Assembly: GCA_963826225.1 (NCBI GenBank)
Contig: CAWGWF010000001.1
Location: 2,483,023-2,547,022 of the forward strand
DNA length: 64,000 nucleotides
Direction: 5' to 3'
Origin: an uncultured Chloroflexia bacterium
GTDB lineage: Bacteria > Chloroflexota > Limnocylindria > Limnocylindrales > CSP1-4
The notes under the pieces are model-generated. The model ran no database searches. It was given only the letters and a program-made list of their open reading frames with translations, and was not told where the DNA came from. Numbering within the stretch: position 1 is the stretch's first letter; each line of letters begins with the position of its first letter. Both the position numbers and the translations under genes were made by a program. This document shows positions 9,641-19,402 of the stretch, piece by piece.

Positions 9641-10375
9641 CTAGATCCGGAAGGCGTCGCCGCGCCGGAAGCGGTCGCGATGGCGGCCGCGCCACACGGT
9701 GACCCGTCCGCGACCGTGGACCTGCCAGGCGCCGTTGCGCCCGACGGCGGCCGTCTCCTCGTCGATGCCCAGCAGCACGCCACCCCGCGGCGCCTGGAGC
9801 GCGACCAGCGCGGACAACGGCTCCGGCCATGCGTCGTAGTGCGGCAGGACCGCAACGCCCTCCACCAGGGCGAGACCGTGCGACCATCGGATCGGGAACG
9901 GCAGCGGAAGACGGGCCTTGGGGATCGAACGGAAGTCCATGGTCCGCCCGACGATGGCCATCGCACCCGCCGAACACCCGGCCACGACCGCCCCGCGCGC
10001 GTTTGCCGTCCGGATCCCGTCCCCCAGCGGCGAACCGCGCAGGACGCGCAGCAGGTGCCGGGGGTGCCCGCCGGACAGGTAGATCAGGTCCGCTTCGCCG
10101 ATCGCCTGGAGCGCGGCCGAATCCCATCCCTCGTCCGGGTTGCGCACGAGCACGGGCTCCACCTCGGCGCCAAGACCCATGAAGTGCTGGACGCCCATCT
10201 CCGCCCACGTGCGGAACGTGGACTCGCCGTCCGGCGCGGACGCGGTGGGCAGGATCACCACGCGGGGTCGGTCGCGCCCGGTCGCCTCCAGCAGGCCGCG
10301 GTCAAGCTCGGCCATGGGGGCGAGGAACTCACCGGCGCCGACGAGCGCCACGGGTCCGGGCATCGGCGGCAGCAT
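9641..10375 (-). CDS. peptidase S51 family (cyanophycinase / dipeptidase E-like, class I glutamine amidotransferase fold)
   Basis: 244 aa starting MLPPMPGPVALVGAGEF. Contains LIYLSGGHP and AGCSAGAMA nucleophile-elbow-like segment. The ORF-track extension up to 12034 is antisense to the MFS gene and was rejected. Confidence 0.7.
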   Translation of the reverse strand: MLPPMPGPVALVGAGEFLAPMAELDRGLLEATGRDRPRVVILPTASAPDGESTFRTWAEMGVQHFMGLGAEVEPVLVRNPDEGWDSAALQAIGEADLIYLSGGHPRHLLRVLRGSPLGDGIRTANARGAVVAGCSAGAMAIVGRTMDFRSIPKARLPLPFPIRWSHGLALVEGVAVLPHYDAWPEPLSALVALQAPRGGVLLGIDEETAAVGRNGAWQVHGRGRVTVWRGRHRDRFRRGDAFRI

Positions 10376-10489
10376 AGAGCAGCCGCCCGAAACCCGGCGC
10401 CGAGCGGGCTGGACGCCGCGCGGCCCCGCTGACACACTCGCCGGCACGCTCGTCCGTACGCTCGCTCGGCCCATCCAACCGGAGGCCCC

Positions 10490-12085
10490 GTGACCTCGAC
10501 CCAGCGCTGGACCATGCTGGCGGCGATCCTCGGATCGTCCATGGTGTTCCTCGACGGCACCGTCATGGCGCTGGCACTCCGCCGGATCGGCGAGGACCTG
10601 CCGCCCTCGCTCGTATCCACCCTCGAGGGCCAGACCTACGCCGTCAGTGGGTTTCTCGCCACGCTGGCCGCGCTGCTCATCCTCGGCGGTGCCCTGGCCG
10701 ACTACCACGGCCGGCGGAGGGTGTTCGCCATCGGTCTCGTCGGCTTTGGCGCAACGTCCGTGCTCTGCGGGCTCGCGCCCACCCTCGAGCTGCTCGTCGT
10801 CGCGAGGGTTCTCCAGGGCGCCGCGGGTGCGTTGCTGGTGCCGGGCTCGCTGGCGATCATCACCGCGCTGTTCGATGGGCCTGCGCGGGCCCGGGCGTTC
10901 GGCATCTGGGCGGCGGCGACGTCCGCCAGCACGCTCGTCGGACCGCTCGTCGGCGGCGTGCTGGTGGACGAGGCGAGCTGGCGGGCCGTGTTCCTGATCA
11001 ACGTCCCACTCACCCTGGTCGCGCTGTGGGCCACCGTTCGTCACATGCCCGAGACCCGGGCGGCGGGGGCCAGCGGGCGCTTCGACTGGCTGGGGGCGGC
11101 GGTCGCCGTGATCGCCGTGGGCGGGATCGCGTTCGGCATGATCCGCGGCCAGGAGCAACGGTGGGGGGACCCGCTCGCGTGGGCGGCACTGGCAGCCGGG
11201 ATCGTGGCGCTCGTCGCGTTCCCGTTCCTCATGGCCCGTCGCCCGGACCCGCTGGTGCCCCTCGCGCTGTTCCGGCGACGGGTGTTCGCCACGGTCAACC
11301 TGTCCACGCTGCTGGTCTACGGCGCCCTGTACACGATGACCGCGTTCCTGGCCCTGTTCCTCCAAGGCGTGCTGGGGTACAGCGCCACCGCCGCCGGGGT
11401 CGTCACGCTGCCGACGGCGATCGTGCTCACGCTGCTGTCCACCAGGATCGGGGCGGCGGCCGGCCGCCACGGGTCCCGGGGGTTCCTCGTCGCCGGACCG
11501 CTGCTCATGGCGGCGGGTCTCGCCTGGCTGGCGCGCATCCCGGCGACGTCTGAAGCGTGGCGCCTCGTACCTTCGAGCGCCGCGACGCTCGCGCCGCCGG
11601 CTTCCGTGGTCATTGACGTGCTGCCGTTCTCGGTGCTGTGGGCGGTCGGCCTGGCGCTCGTCGTCGCGCCCCTGACGACCACCGTCATGTCGTCGGTGCC
11701 CGTCGGCAACGCGGGCGTGGCGTCCGCGGTCAACAACTCGATCAGCCGGGTCGGGCAGCCGATCCTGGCCGCCGTCATCTTCGTGGTGGTCAGCGGGTCG
11801 TTCTACGCGACGCTCGCCCGGGCCGTCCCGGGCCTCGAGGCCGCCGACCCCGAGCTCCGGGCGATCGTCCAGCCCCTCAATCCACCGCGGCCGGAGGCGC
11901 CGGCCGACGTCGCCGAAGCAGCGAGGGAGGCTTCGACGGCGGCGTTCCACCTCGCGGCGCTCGCGTGCGCTGCGCTGCTGGTGGGCGGCGCCGTCACGAG
12001 CTGGGTTGGCCTTCGGGCGGGGCCGGCCGGCCACGGGAAGGCGGTCGGCGAGCGGGAGTCGGGTGGCGGTTCTGCCACGCGTTGA
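10490..12085 (+). CDS. MFS transporter, DHA2 (14-TMS drug:H+ antiporter) family
   Basis: 531 aa intact. Motifs LDGTVMALAL, GALADYHGRRRVFAIGL, VARVLQGAAGALLVP and 14 hydrophobic segments. Confidence 0.85.
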   Translation: MTSTQRWTMLAAILGSSMVFLDGTVMALALRRIGEDLPPSLVSTLEGQTYAVSGFLATLAALLILGGALADYHGRRRVFAIGLVGFGATSVLCGLAPTLELLVVARVLQGAAGALLVPGSLAIITALFDGPARARAFGIWAAATSASTLVGPLVGGVLVDEASWRAVFLINVPLTLVALWATVRHMPETRAAGASGRFDWLGAAVAVIAVGGIAFGMIRGQEQRWGDPLAWAALAAGIVALVAFPFLMARRPDPLVPLALFRRRVFATVNLSTLLVYGALYTMTAFLALFLQGVLGYSATAAGVVTLPTAIVLTLLSTRIGAAAGRHGSRGFLVAGPLLMAAGLAWLARIPATSEAWRLVPSSAATLAPPASVVIDVLPFSVLWAVGLALVVAPLTTTVMSSVPVGNAGVASAVNNSISRVGQPILAAVIFVVVSGSFYATLARAVPGLEAADPELRAIVQPLNPPRPEAPADVAEAAREASTAAFHLAALACAALLVGGAVTSWVGLRAGPAGHGKAVGERESGGGSATR

Positions 12086-12271
12086 CCGTCCACCTGCGCC
12101 GCCCGGCGGCTGGATCGTGCGCTCAGGGCGCCCGCGCCAGGCGAGCCGCCAGGCGGTCGCAGCGGCGCCTCACCGCACGGCAGGACCGCCAAGCGGCACA
12201 CGACGGATCGACCGCCAAACGGGTGCCGGTCCGGTCTTCCGTGCCGGGGGCGCCGGTGCCATCCTCCCCGG

Positions 12272-13918
12272 ATGACGAACCTTCACGCCGACCTCCTCCT
12301 GACCGGTGGATCCATCTTCACGGCCGATCCCGCGAAGACCTGGGCACAGGCCCTGGCCGTCCGGGACGGCCGGATCGTCGCCGTCGGCGGCGACCGGGAC
12401 GTGCGCCGGCTCGCCGGACCGCGCACGCGGATGATCGAGCTCCGGGGTCGCACCGTCACTCCCGGCTTCCAGGACGCCCACGTCCACCCGACCCACGCCG
12501 GTCTCGCCCGCGTCCGGTGCGAGCTGCACGACGCCCGCGGCCTGGACCGGTACCTGGAGATCGTGGCGACGTACGTCCGGACCCGCCCCGAGGCGACGTG
12601 GATCCTGGGCGGCGGGTGGTCCATGGCGGACTTCCCGGGCGGGATGCCCCGCCGGGAGGACCTGGATCGGGTGGCACCGGATCGCCCGGCCTTCCTGCCC
12701 AGCCGCGACGGCCACGACGCCTGGGTGAACTCGCGAGCCCTGGAGCTCGCCGGCGTCACGCGGGACACGCCGGACCCCGCCGACGGCCGGATCGCGCGAG
12801 ACCCGGACGGGACGCCCAGCGGCACGCTCCACGAGGGCGCCCAGGACCTCGTCGGCCGCCTCGTGCCGGAGGCCGGCGAGGTGGAGATGCGCGACGCCCT
12901 GCGAGAGAGCCAGCGCTACCTCCACTCGCTCGGGATCACGGCCTGGCAGGACGCCATCGTCGAGGACAAGGACCAGGCGGCGTATCTCGCGCTGGCCGCG
13001 TCCGGGGAGCTGACGGCGCGGGTCGTGGGCGCCCTGTGGTGGGAGCGGTCCCGGGGCCTGGACCAGATCGACGACCTGGTCGCGCGCCGCCAGACGGGCC
13101 GGCTGGGCCGCTACGCCGCCACCAGCGTCAAGCTGATGGTGGACGGGATCATCGAGAACCAGACCGCGGCGATGCTCCAGCCCTACCTCGACCTGCACGG
13201 GCACGCCACCGACAACGCCGGCCTCAGCTTCATCGATCCCGAGACGCTCAAGGCGGCCGTCGTCCGGCTCGACGCCCTGGGCTTCCAGCCGCACTTCCAC
13301 GCCCTGGGCGACCGCGCCGTCCGGGAGGCGCTCGACGCGGTGGAGGCGGCTCGGGCGGTGAACGGCTGGTCGGACACGCGCCCCCACCTCGCCCACCTCC
13401 AGGTCATCCACCCCGACGACCTGCCGCGCTTCCGGACGCTGGGCGCGCTGGCCAACGCGCAGCCGTACTGGGCGGTCCACGAGGACCAGATGGACGAGCT
13501 CACGCTCCCGATCCTGGGCCCCGAGGTGTCCGCCCGGCAGTACCCGTGGCGCTCGCTCCGCCGGCACGGCGCCACGCTGGTCATGGGCTCGGACTGGAGC
13601 GTGTCCACGCCGGACCCGCTGATCGAGATCGAGGTCGCGGTCAACCGGGTCCTGGACGGGTCCCGGGGCGTCAAGCCGCCGTTCCTGCCCGAGGAGCGGC
13701 TGGACCTCGTGGACGCGCTCACGGCGTTCACGGCGGGATCGGCGTATGCCAACCACCTCGACGAGACGGGCACGATCGCGACCGGGATGCTGGCGGACCT
13801 CGCGATCCTCGACCGCGACCTGTTCGACCGGGGCGCCGGTGAGATCGGCGAGGCGCGAGTCGTGGCGACGTTCGTCGAGGGCGTGCCGGTGTACGAGGGG
13901 ACCGGCCTCGAGGGCTGA
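12272..13918 (+). CDS. amidohydrolase family 3 metal-dependent hydrolase
   Basis: 548 aa. N-terminal TPGFQDAHVHP metal-binding motif, HFHALGD, MGSDWSV. Typical amidohydrolase_3 architecture. Confidence 0.85.
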   Translation: MTNLHADLLLTGGSIFTADPAKTWAQALAVRDGRIVAVGGDRDVRRLAGPRTRMIELRGRTVTPGFQDAHVHPTHAGLARVRCELHDARGLDRYLEIVATYVRTRPEATWILGGGWSMADFPGGMPRREDLDRVAPDRPAFLPSRDGHDAWVNSRALELAGVTRDTPDPADGRIARDPDGTPSGTLHEGAQDLVGRLVPEAGEVEMRDALRESQRYLHSLGITAWQDAIVEDKDQAAYLALAASGELTARVVGALWWERSRGLDQIDDLVARRQTGRLGRYAATSVKLMVDGIIENQTAAMLQPYLDLHGHATDNAGLSFIDPETLKAAVVRLDALGFQPHFHALGDRAVREALDAVEAARAVNGWSDTRPHLAHLQVIHPDDLPRFRTLGALANAQPYWAVHEDQMDELTLPILGPEVSARQYPWRSLRRHGATLVMGSDWSVSTPDPLIEIEVAVNRVLDGSRGVKPPFLPEERLDLVDALTAFTAGSAYANHLDETGTIATGMLADLAILDRDLFDRGAGEIGEARVVATFVEGVPVYEGTGLEG

Positions 13919-13937
13919 CGTCTGCTCGAGCCGGCGA

Positions 13938-14363
13938 TCAGGGCTCGAGCGCGAGCGGGACACCCTCCGCGCGAGCCGCTTTCGCAAGGGCGGCATCGAA
14001 GGTCGCCAGCTCGCCATCGACATCGATCGCAAGCCAGAGGTACGTGGCGTCGTACACGGACAGGCGGTGACGCGCCGCCAGCATCATGGCCATCCGGACG
14101 CCGGCAGGGCCACGGTCTGCCGACTCCGGCCCGGCGCCTTCGAGCATGGAGAGCCGTTCGGCGGCATCGAGCGGGTCACGACCGGCCAGGCGCAGGAGCA
14201 CATGGCCCACCTCCGTCCAGTGGACCGCCGGAACGAGGAGCACGCGTCCCTGCGCAAGCCACGCACGCCACGCAGCCGGCACGTCCGGACGGGACCCGAT
14301 CGCAAGCTCCACGGCGATGGAGGCATCGACCACGACCGGCGTGGGCGCGATCGTGAACGTCAC
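13938..14363 (-). CDS. vapC: type II toxin VapC (PIN-domain ribonuclease)
   Basis: 141 aa. PIN acidic residues (VVDASIAV, YDATYLWLAID). 4-bp overlap with the upstream antitoxin. Confidence 0.8.
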   Translation of the reverse strand: MTFTIAPTPVVVDASIAVELAIGSRPDVPAAWRAWLAQGRVLLVPAVHWTEVGHVLLRLAGRDPLDAAERLSMLEGAGPESADRGPAGVRMAMMLAARHRLSVYDATYLWLAIDVDGELATFDAALAKAARAEGVPLALEP

Positions 14364-14644
14364 GTCCGGTGCCCATGGTCCCGGTCCTCCCGGATCCAGG
14401 TCACGATCTGCTCCGTGCTGGCCGGGGGGAGCCGGTCCAGGGCTCGACGGCGCACGAGCTGGTCCAGCGCGGCCAGCCGCCGCTCCCGGACCCGGTCCGG
14501 GTCCAGGTGCTCGAGGTCCGCGAGCGGGACGATCGCGGCGACCGGCTGGCCCGCTCGCTCCACGATGAACCGCTCGCCGGCGGCGGCCTCGTCCAGCACC
14601 TGGCCGAACCGGGCCCGGACGTCCAGGGCGCTGATCGCTCTCAT
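14360..14644 (-). CDS. type II antitoxin, Phd/YefM family
   Basis: 94 aa. MRAISALDVRARFGQVLDEAAAGERFIVERAGQPVAAIVPLADLEHL is the Phd/YefM fold signature. Upstream of vapC in the same operon. Confidence 0.75.
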   Translation of the reverse strand: MRAISALDVRARFGQVLDEAAAGERFIVERAGQPVAAIVPLADLEHLDPDRVRERRLAALDQLVRRRALDRLPPASTEQIVTWIREDRDHGHRT

Positions 14645-14674
14645 GGCACCATCATAGCGCCATGGGAGTCGCCG

Positions 14675-15310
14675 TCAACCGGAGCCGAGATCCCCGCGCG
14701 TGTCGATGTCGCGCAGCGTGGCGCCCATCGGGTCGAGGGCGAGCCATTCGGCGGCCGGGAGGGTCGCGGCTCCGGCAGCCTCCAGCAGCGAGCGGAGGCT
14801 CCGGCGACCGCCCGCGAGGCAGGCTTCCAGTGCGTCCGTGACGGCACCGGGCCGCAGCGCCATGGGCAGCGGTGTGGGCGGTGATGCGTCGAGGGTGATC
14901 GCGGTCAGGTCCTCGTCGGCGGTCAGGCGATCGGCAAGGAGCCGCAGCACGCCCGGCACCATGCCCGGCATGTCCCCGCCGGCGATGATCACGACGCGCG
15001 GCGGGTGATCCCGGGCGAGGACGACATCCAGCCCTGCCGCGACGCCCGCCAGCGGCCCGCCGAGCGCCTCCCGGTCACGCGTCACGGAGACGCGGTCGGC
15101 CAAAGGCGCCGGAACAGGAGGCGCGGGGGCACCGGGTGCGAGCACCAGGACGATGTCGTCCACCACCGCGGCAACCGCCCACAGCGCATGGTGGAGCACC
15201 GGGCGGCCGCCCAGGTCGGCGGCGAGCTTGTCCCCGCCGAAGCGGCTCGACTCCCCACCCGCGAGGACGATCGCCGTGATCGCCGTGCCGCTCGCGGGCT
15301 CGCTGCTCAC
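14675..15310 (-). CDS. mobA: molybdenum cofactor guanylyltransferase MobA
   Basis: 211 aa. N-terminal ITAIVLAGGESSRFGGDKL (MobA LAGGxSxRMGxDK motif). ATGA overlap with the selB stop. Confidence 0.8.
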   Translation of the reverse strand: MSSEPASGTAITAIVLAGGESSRFGGDKLAADLGGRPVLHHALWAVAAVVDDIVLVLAPGAPAPPVPAPLADRVSVTRDREALGGPLAGVAAGLDVVLARDHPPRVVIIAGGDMPGMVPGVLRLLADRLTADEDLTAITLDASPPTPLPMALRPGAVTDALEACLAGGRRSLRSLLEAAGAATLPAAEWLALDPMGATLRDIDTRGDLGSG

Positions 15311-17270
15311 GTCTCACCGTCCGCGCCGGCGGCCCGATCGCGCGCCCGCGCGATCGCCTTCGGCCCCAGGACGTGCCCCGCGTCGGTGCGGCGGAGCAGG
15401 CCACGCCGATCGAGGTCCTCCAGCACGACCACCACATAGCGGCGGCTGGTGCCGGTCGCGTCGCGGAACGCCGCCGGCGAGAGGGGCCCGGCGGCGGCCA
15501 TCGACAGGGCGCGTTTCGCCAGGTCCCGGTAGGTCGTCGCGGCCCATGCCAGGTCGTCCTCCAGGCGGACGATCCGGCCGGCCGTCACGAGGGCGCGCAC
15601 CCCTTCCGGCGGACAGCCCACGGCACGCGCCGTCTCTGCGAGCGCTGGTGGGGCGGGCACGTCCAGGGCCGCCTCGAGGCGGTCCATCGCCGCCATGGTG
15701 GCGGGCGGCAGGCCGGCGACCCGCGCGGGGTCGCGAAGCCGGTCCCCGTCGCGGGCCAGGACCCCACCGGCCACGGCTGCGTCCTCGACGTGGCGCGCGA
15801 CCTCGTCCGCCGCGGCGCGATCGAGCGTTGCCCGCCGCCGGGCGGCGAGCGCCAGGTCCCGCCGCAACGCCGGCGCGGGCAACCCGGGGGAGCCCGGCTC
15901 CGCCGCGTGGTGCGCCGCGACCAGGTCCCGCGCCGTGGCCGCCAGCGCGTCTGCGACATCCGGCGCAAGGGTCCAGCCGCCCGCGCCGCGAACGGCCCCG
16001 TGGAGGTCCAGCCGGGCGGCATCCGGGCCTGCGGCACCGGTGGCGCCGATCGAGGCGGGACCGGCGGCCGCGGCCGCGAGCGCCGCTGCGCGCGCCGGTG
16101 TCAGCCGCCGGCGCGACACCCCGCGCGGAGGGTCCGGGTCCAGGATCACGCCGCCGCCCGCGGTGGACCCGGGCGACGGGCGACGCAGCGCGAACGCGTC
16201 CCCGGCGGCGGCCGCCACCCGCGCGTCGAGCCGCAGCAGCGCCACCGAGGACCCGTCGGGCAGATCGATCGCCTCGCGCGGGCCCCGGATCACGAGCGCG
16301 GCCGCCTGCGCGGTCCCCAGGTGGAGGCGGAGCGCTCGCGGTCGGCAGGCGCGGGCACCGGGGGGCGGGCAGGATCGAGCGCGACCGTCGGGCGGACCGC
16401 GACCAGCACCCGCGACGTCGCCACGACCCCGGGGTCGCGCGTCAGGACCTGGCCCCGCCGCACGTCCGACGCCTCGACGCCGCCCAGCAGCAGCGCGGTC
16501 CGCCCGCCGGCCGCCGACTCGACGGTCGCGCCGCGGACCTGGACCTCGCGGACCCGGACGTCGATGCCCTCGGGCATGAGCCGCAGGGTCATCCCGGCCG
16601 TCACCGGCCCGCCACGCAGGCTGCCCGTCACCACCGTCCCGCGCCCCCGGACCGCGAACACCCGGTCGATCGCCAGCCGGGGTGGTCGCTCCGCCGCCGC
16701 GGTCGCCGACCCCCCCAGGCGAGCGGCGAGGCGGGCCACGATCTCAGCGACGGCCGCCCGGACGGCCTCCACGCCCTCGCCGGTGGCGGCGGACGCGACC
16801 AGCACCGGCGCCCCGGCGAGGGAGGTCCGGTCCAGCAGCGCACGCACCTCGCGGGCGACCTCCGCCGGCCGTTCGGCGTCCGCGGCCAGGTCCGCCTTGG
16901 TGACGATGCCGAGGCCGTCCCGGACCCCGAGCGCGTCCAGCAGCTCCAGGTGCTCCAACGTCTGCGCCCGCGCGCCGTCGTCCGCCGCGACGATCACCAT
17001 CGCCGCATCGATCTCGCCGGCCCCCACCAGCATGTTGCCGATCAGCCGGTCGTGGCCCGGCACGTCCACGAAGTCCGCCACGGTCCCGTCCGGCAGCGCG
17101 AGGTGCGCATACCCCACGTCGATCGTGATCCCGCGTCGCCGCTCCTCGGGCAGCCGGTCGGCGTCGATGCCGGTCAACGCGCGCAGGAGCGCGGTCTTGC
17201 CGTGGTCGATGTGGCCGGCGGTGCCGATGACCACGGCGGGGTCGGCGGCCGGGCCGGAGTTCGCGGTCAT
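15307..17270 (-). pseudogene. selB: selenocysteine-specific elongation factor SelB, interrupted by one apparent frameshift near 16340-16370 (G6 run); domains I-II in ORF 16290..17270, domain III and winged helices in ORF 15307..16293
   Basis: GTPase motifs VIGTAGHIDHGKT, DVPGH, TKADL. Domain III-end motif AFALRRPSPGSTAGGGVILDP and LHLGTAQAAALVI appear only in the alternative frame upstream of 16293. The two ORFs overlap by ATGA. Confidence 0.7.
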
Positions 17271-18649
17271 CGTCCGGGCGGCGGCAGGTCCGCGATGCGG
17301 CGCGCGATCGTGCCGTCCTCGAACGGTGGCACGGTCCGCAGGTCGAACACCAGCGCATCGTCCACGATCCGGGCCAGGATCCGGTCCGGCACGCGGCGCA
17401 GGGCCGCGGCCGCCCGCGTGGGCGACGCCGCCGGCACGGACACGCCGAAGGACGGCAGCACCTGGCCGGGCAGCGAGCCGCCCCCGACCGGCGATTCGAG
17501 CGCCACCACGGAGACGTCGCCGCGCCCGGCCCCGGCAGCCTGACCGGCGATCCACTCGGCGCGGTCCCGCAGCACCCCAGGCGCCCGGGCGATCAGCTGC
17601 CAGACGGGGATGTCGATCGCCGCCCGCCCGGCCCGGTAGATGGCGAGCGTGGCCGCCACCCCGGCCAGGATCGACTTGTCCGGGCGCATCGCCCGGGCCA
17701 GCGGGTCCCGTCGCAGCCGCGCGATCAGCTCCCGCCGCCCGACGAGCAGCCCCGCCTGCGGCCCGCCCACCAGCTTGTCGCCGCTGAACAGCACGACGTC
17801 GGCACCCGCGGCCAGGCGCTCGGCGGGGGTGGGCTCGTGGGCAAGCCCGAAGTCGGCTGTGTCAAGGAGGGCGCCCGAGCCCAGGTCGTCGAGGACGAGG
17901 GCGCCGTGCGCGTGGGCGAGCGCCGCGACCTCGGTGAGATCCGCGCTCTCCGCGAACCCGGTGACCGCGAAGTTGGACGGATGGACCCGGAGCACCGCCC
18001 GTGCCCGGCCGTCCGCCAGCGGGGCCTCGAAGTCCGCCGCCCGGGTCCGGTTCGTCGTGCCGACCTCCACCAGGCGCGCCCCCGCCCGGGCCGTGATCTC
18101 CGGGATCCGGACCCCGCCGCCGATCTCCACCAGCTCCCCGCGCGAGACCGCGATGCCGCCCCGCCGCCCGGCCAGGCCCACCGCCAGGAGCAGGGCGGCC
18201 GCGTTGTTGGTCACGACCATCGCGTCCTCGGCGCCCGTCAGCGCCACGAGATGCTCCTCCGCGGCACGGAACCGCGGCCCGCGGCGGCCCGTGCCCGGGT
18301 CCAGCTCGAGGTAGCCGTACGAGCGGGCGGCGAGCGCCGCCGCGGCGCGCGCGGCCCGCGGCCAGGGTGCCCGCCCCAGGTTCGTGTGCAGGATGACGCC
18401 CGTCGCGTTGATGACCGGCAGAGGGATCGTCGCGGCCGGATCGCCCAGCGCCGCGACCCGCGCCAGGACCGCGTCGGCCAGCTCCGCCTCCGGGGTGGGA
18501 GGGGCGCCCGAGGCCAGGCGCCGCCGCTCCTCGTCGACCACGTCGCGAGCCAGGGCCGTCAGCGCCGCGGGCTCGGACACCTCGACCTCGTCGCGGACGA
18601 GGACGAGGAGGCGCTCGATGCTCGGGGGCCGGGCCCGGGCCGTCGTCAT
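17267..18649 (-). CDS. selA: L-seryl-tRNA(Sec) selenium transferase SelA
   Basis: 460 aa intact. PLP-lysine region VLFSGDKLVGGPQAG, INATGVILHTNLGRAP. Stop overlaps the selB start. The ORF-track extension to 20794 was rejected. Confidence 0.9.
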   Translation of the reverse strand: MTTARARPPSIERLLVLVRDEVEVSEPAALTALARDVVDEERRRLASGAPPTPEAELADAVLARVAALGDPAATIPLPVINATGVILHTNLGRAPWPRAARAAAALAARSYGYLELDPGTGRRGPRFRAAEEHLVALTGAEDAMVVTNNAAALLLAVGLAGRRGGIAVSRGELVEIGGGVRIPEITARAGARLVEVGTTNRTRAADFEAPLADGRARAVLRVHPSNFAVTGFAESADLTEVAALAHAHGALVLDDLGSGALLDTADFGLAHEPTPAERLAAGADVVLFSGDKLVGGPQAGLLVGRRELIARLRRDPLARAMRPDKSILAGVAATLAIYRAGRAAIDIPVWQLIARAPGVLRDRAEWIAGQAAGAGRGDVSVVALESPVGGGSLPGQVLPSFGVSVPAASPTRAAAALRRVPDRILARIVDDALVFDLRTVPPFEDGTIARRIADLPPPGR

Positions 18650-19302
18650 CGGTCCGTCCCCGCGGGCCGCGCGGCCACGATGTCGAACAGGTGCCAGTGC
18701 TTCGGCCCGCCGAACGAGCCGGCGTCCTCCTCGTGCTCGTCCAGCTCGACCACCTCGAGGCCGTCGAGGAGGCGCTCCACATCGGCCCGATCGACGAACG
18801 CGACGTCGGGCTCGCCGGCGTAGTCGTCGCGGTCGCCGAACAGGTTCACGACCAGCAGCCCGCCCGGGGCGAGGGCGTCCACGAGCCGCCGCCAGGCGAC
18901 GGGGAACAGGTCCGGACCGAGGTACGGGAGGCTGAACCCTGAGTACACGAGGTCGGCCGGCGGCAGATCCACGGTCTCCGCGGAGGCCACGGCGATCGCG
19001 AGGCGGTCGCGCTGCGTCGGCGGCACGCGCTCCTCGAGCACGTCGGCCGCGGCCTGCTGGGCGTCGATGGCGAGGACGCGCCAGCCGGCGGCCAGGAGCT
19101 CGGCGGTCTCGGTCCCGTCGCCGAACCCGATCTCGACCGCCACTCCGGGTTCGCGCCCGGTCTCGGCCCACGCCGCCCTCGCCCGTTCGAACAGGTCGCG
19201 CGGGGCCCGGCCGGCCGTGTAGCGGTAGTAGGCGGCCCAGTCGGGCTCCTCGACCGCGAGATCCGCGGCGGTCGCGTCGGGGGTGTCGGGTTGCTCGTCC
19301 AT
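18646..19302 (-). CDS. class I SAM-dependent methyltransferase (small, TehB-like architecture)
   Basis: 218 aa. Motif I VEIGFGDGTETAELLAAGWRVLAIDAQ, post-I acidic residue, LAPGGLLVV. First gene of the apparent mtase-selA-selB-mobA operon. ATGA overlap with selA. Confidence 0.65.
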   Translation of the reverse strand: MDEQPDTPDATAADLAVEEPDWAAYYRYTAGRAPRDLFERARAAWAETGREPGVAVEIGFGDGTETAELLAAGWRVLAIDAQQAAADVLEERVPPTQRDRLAIAVASAETVDLPPADLVYSGFSLPYLGPDLFPVAWRRLVDALAPGGLLVVNLFGDRDDYAGEPDVAFVDRADVERLLDGLEVVELDEHEEDAGSFGGPKHWHLFDIVAARPAGTDR

Positions 19303-19402
19303 CCGTGGCCATCCTAGGGCGCCGCGGGACGGTGCGTGCAGGCGCATCCCGCGGCGCCGGCCGGCGAATACGATGGCCGGCAGGCTGGAGACGGGAGGCG
19401 CG

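Noticed and set aside
10376-12034. upstream extension of the S51 peptidase ORF (to 797 aa)
   Set aside because: Antisense to the DHA2 MFS gene. Peptidase homology begins at MLPPMPGP (10375).
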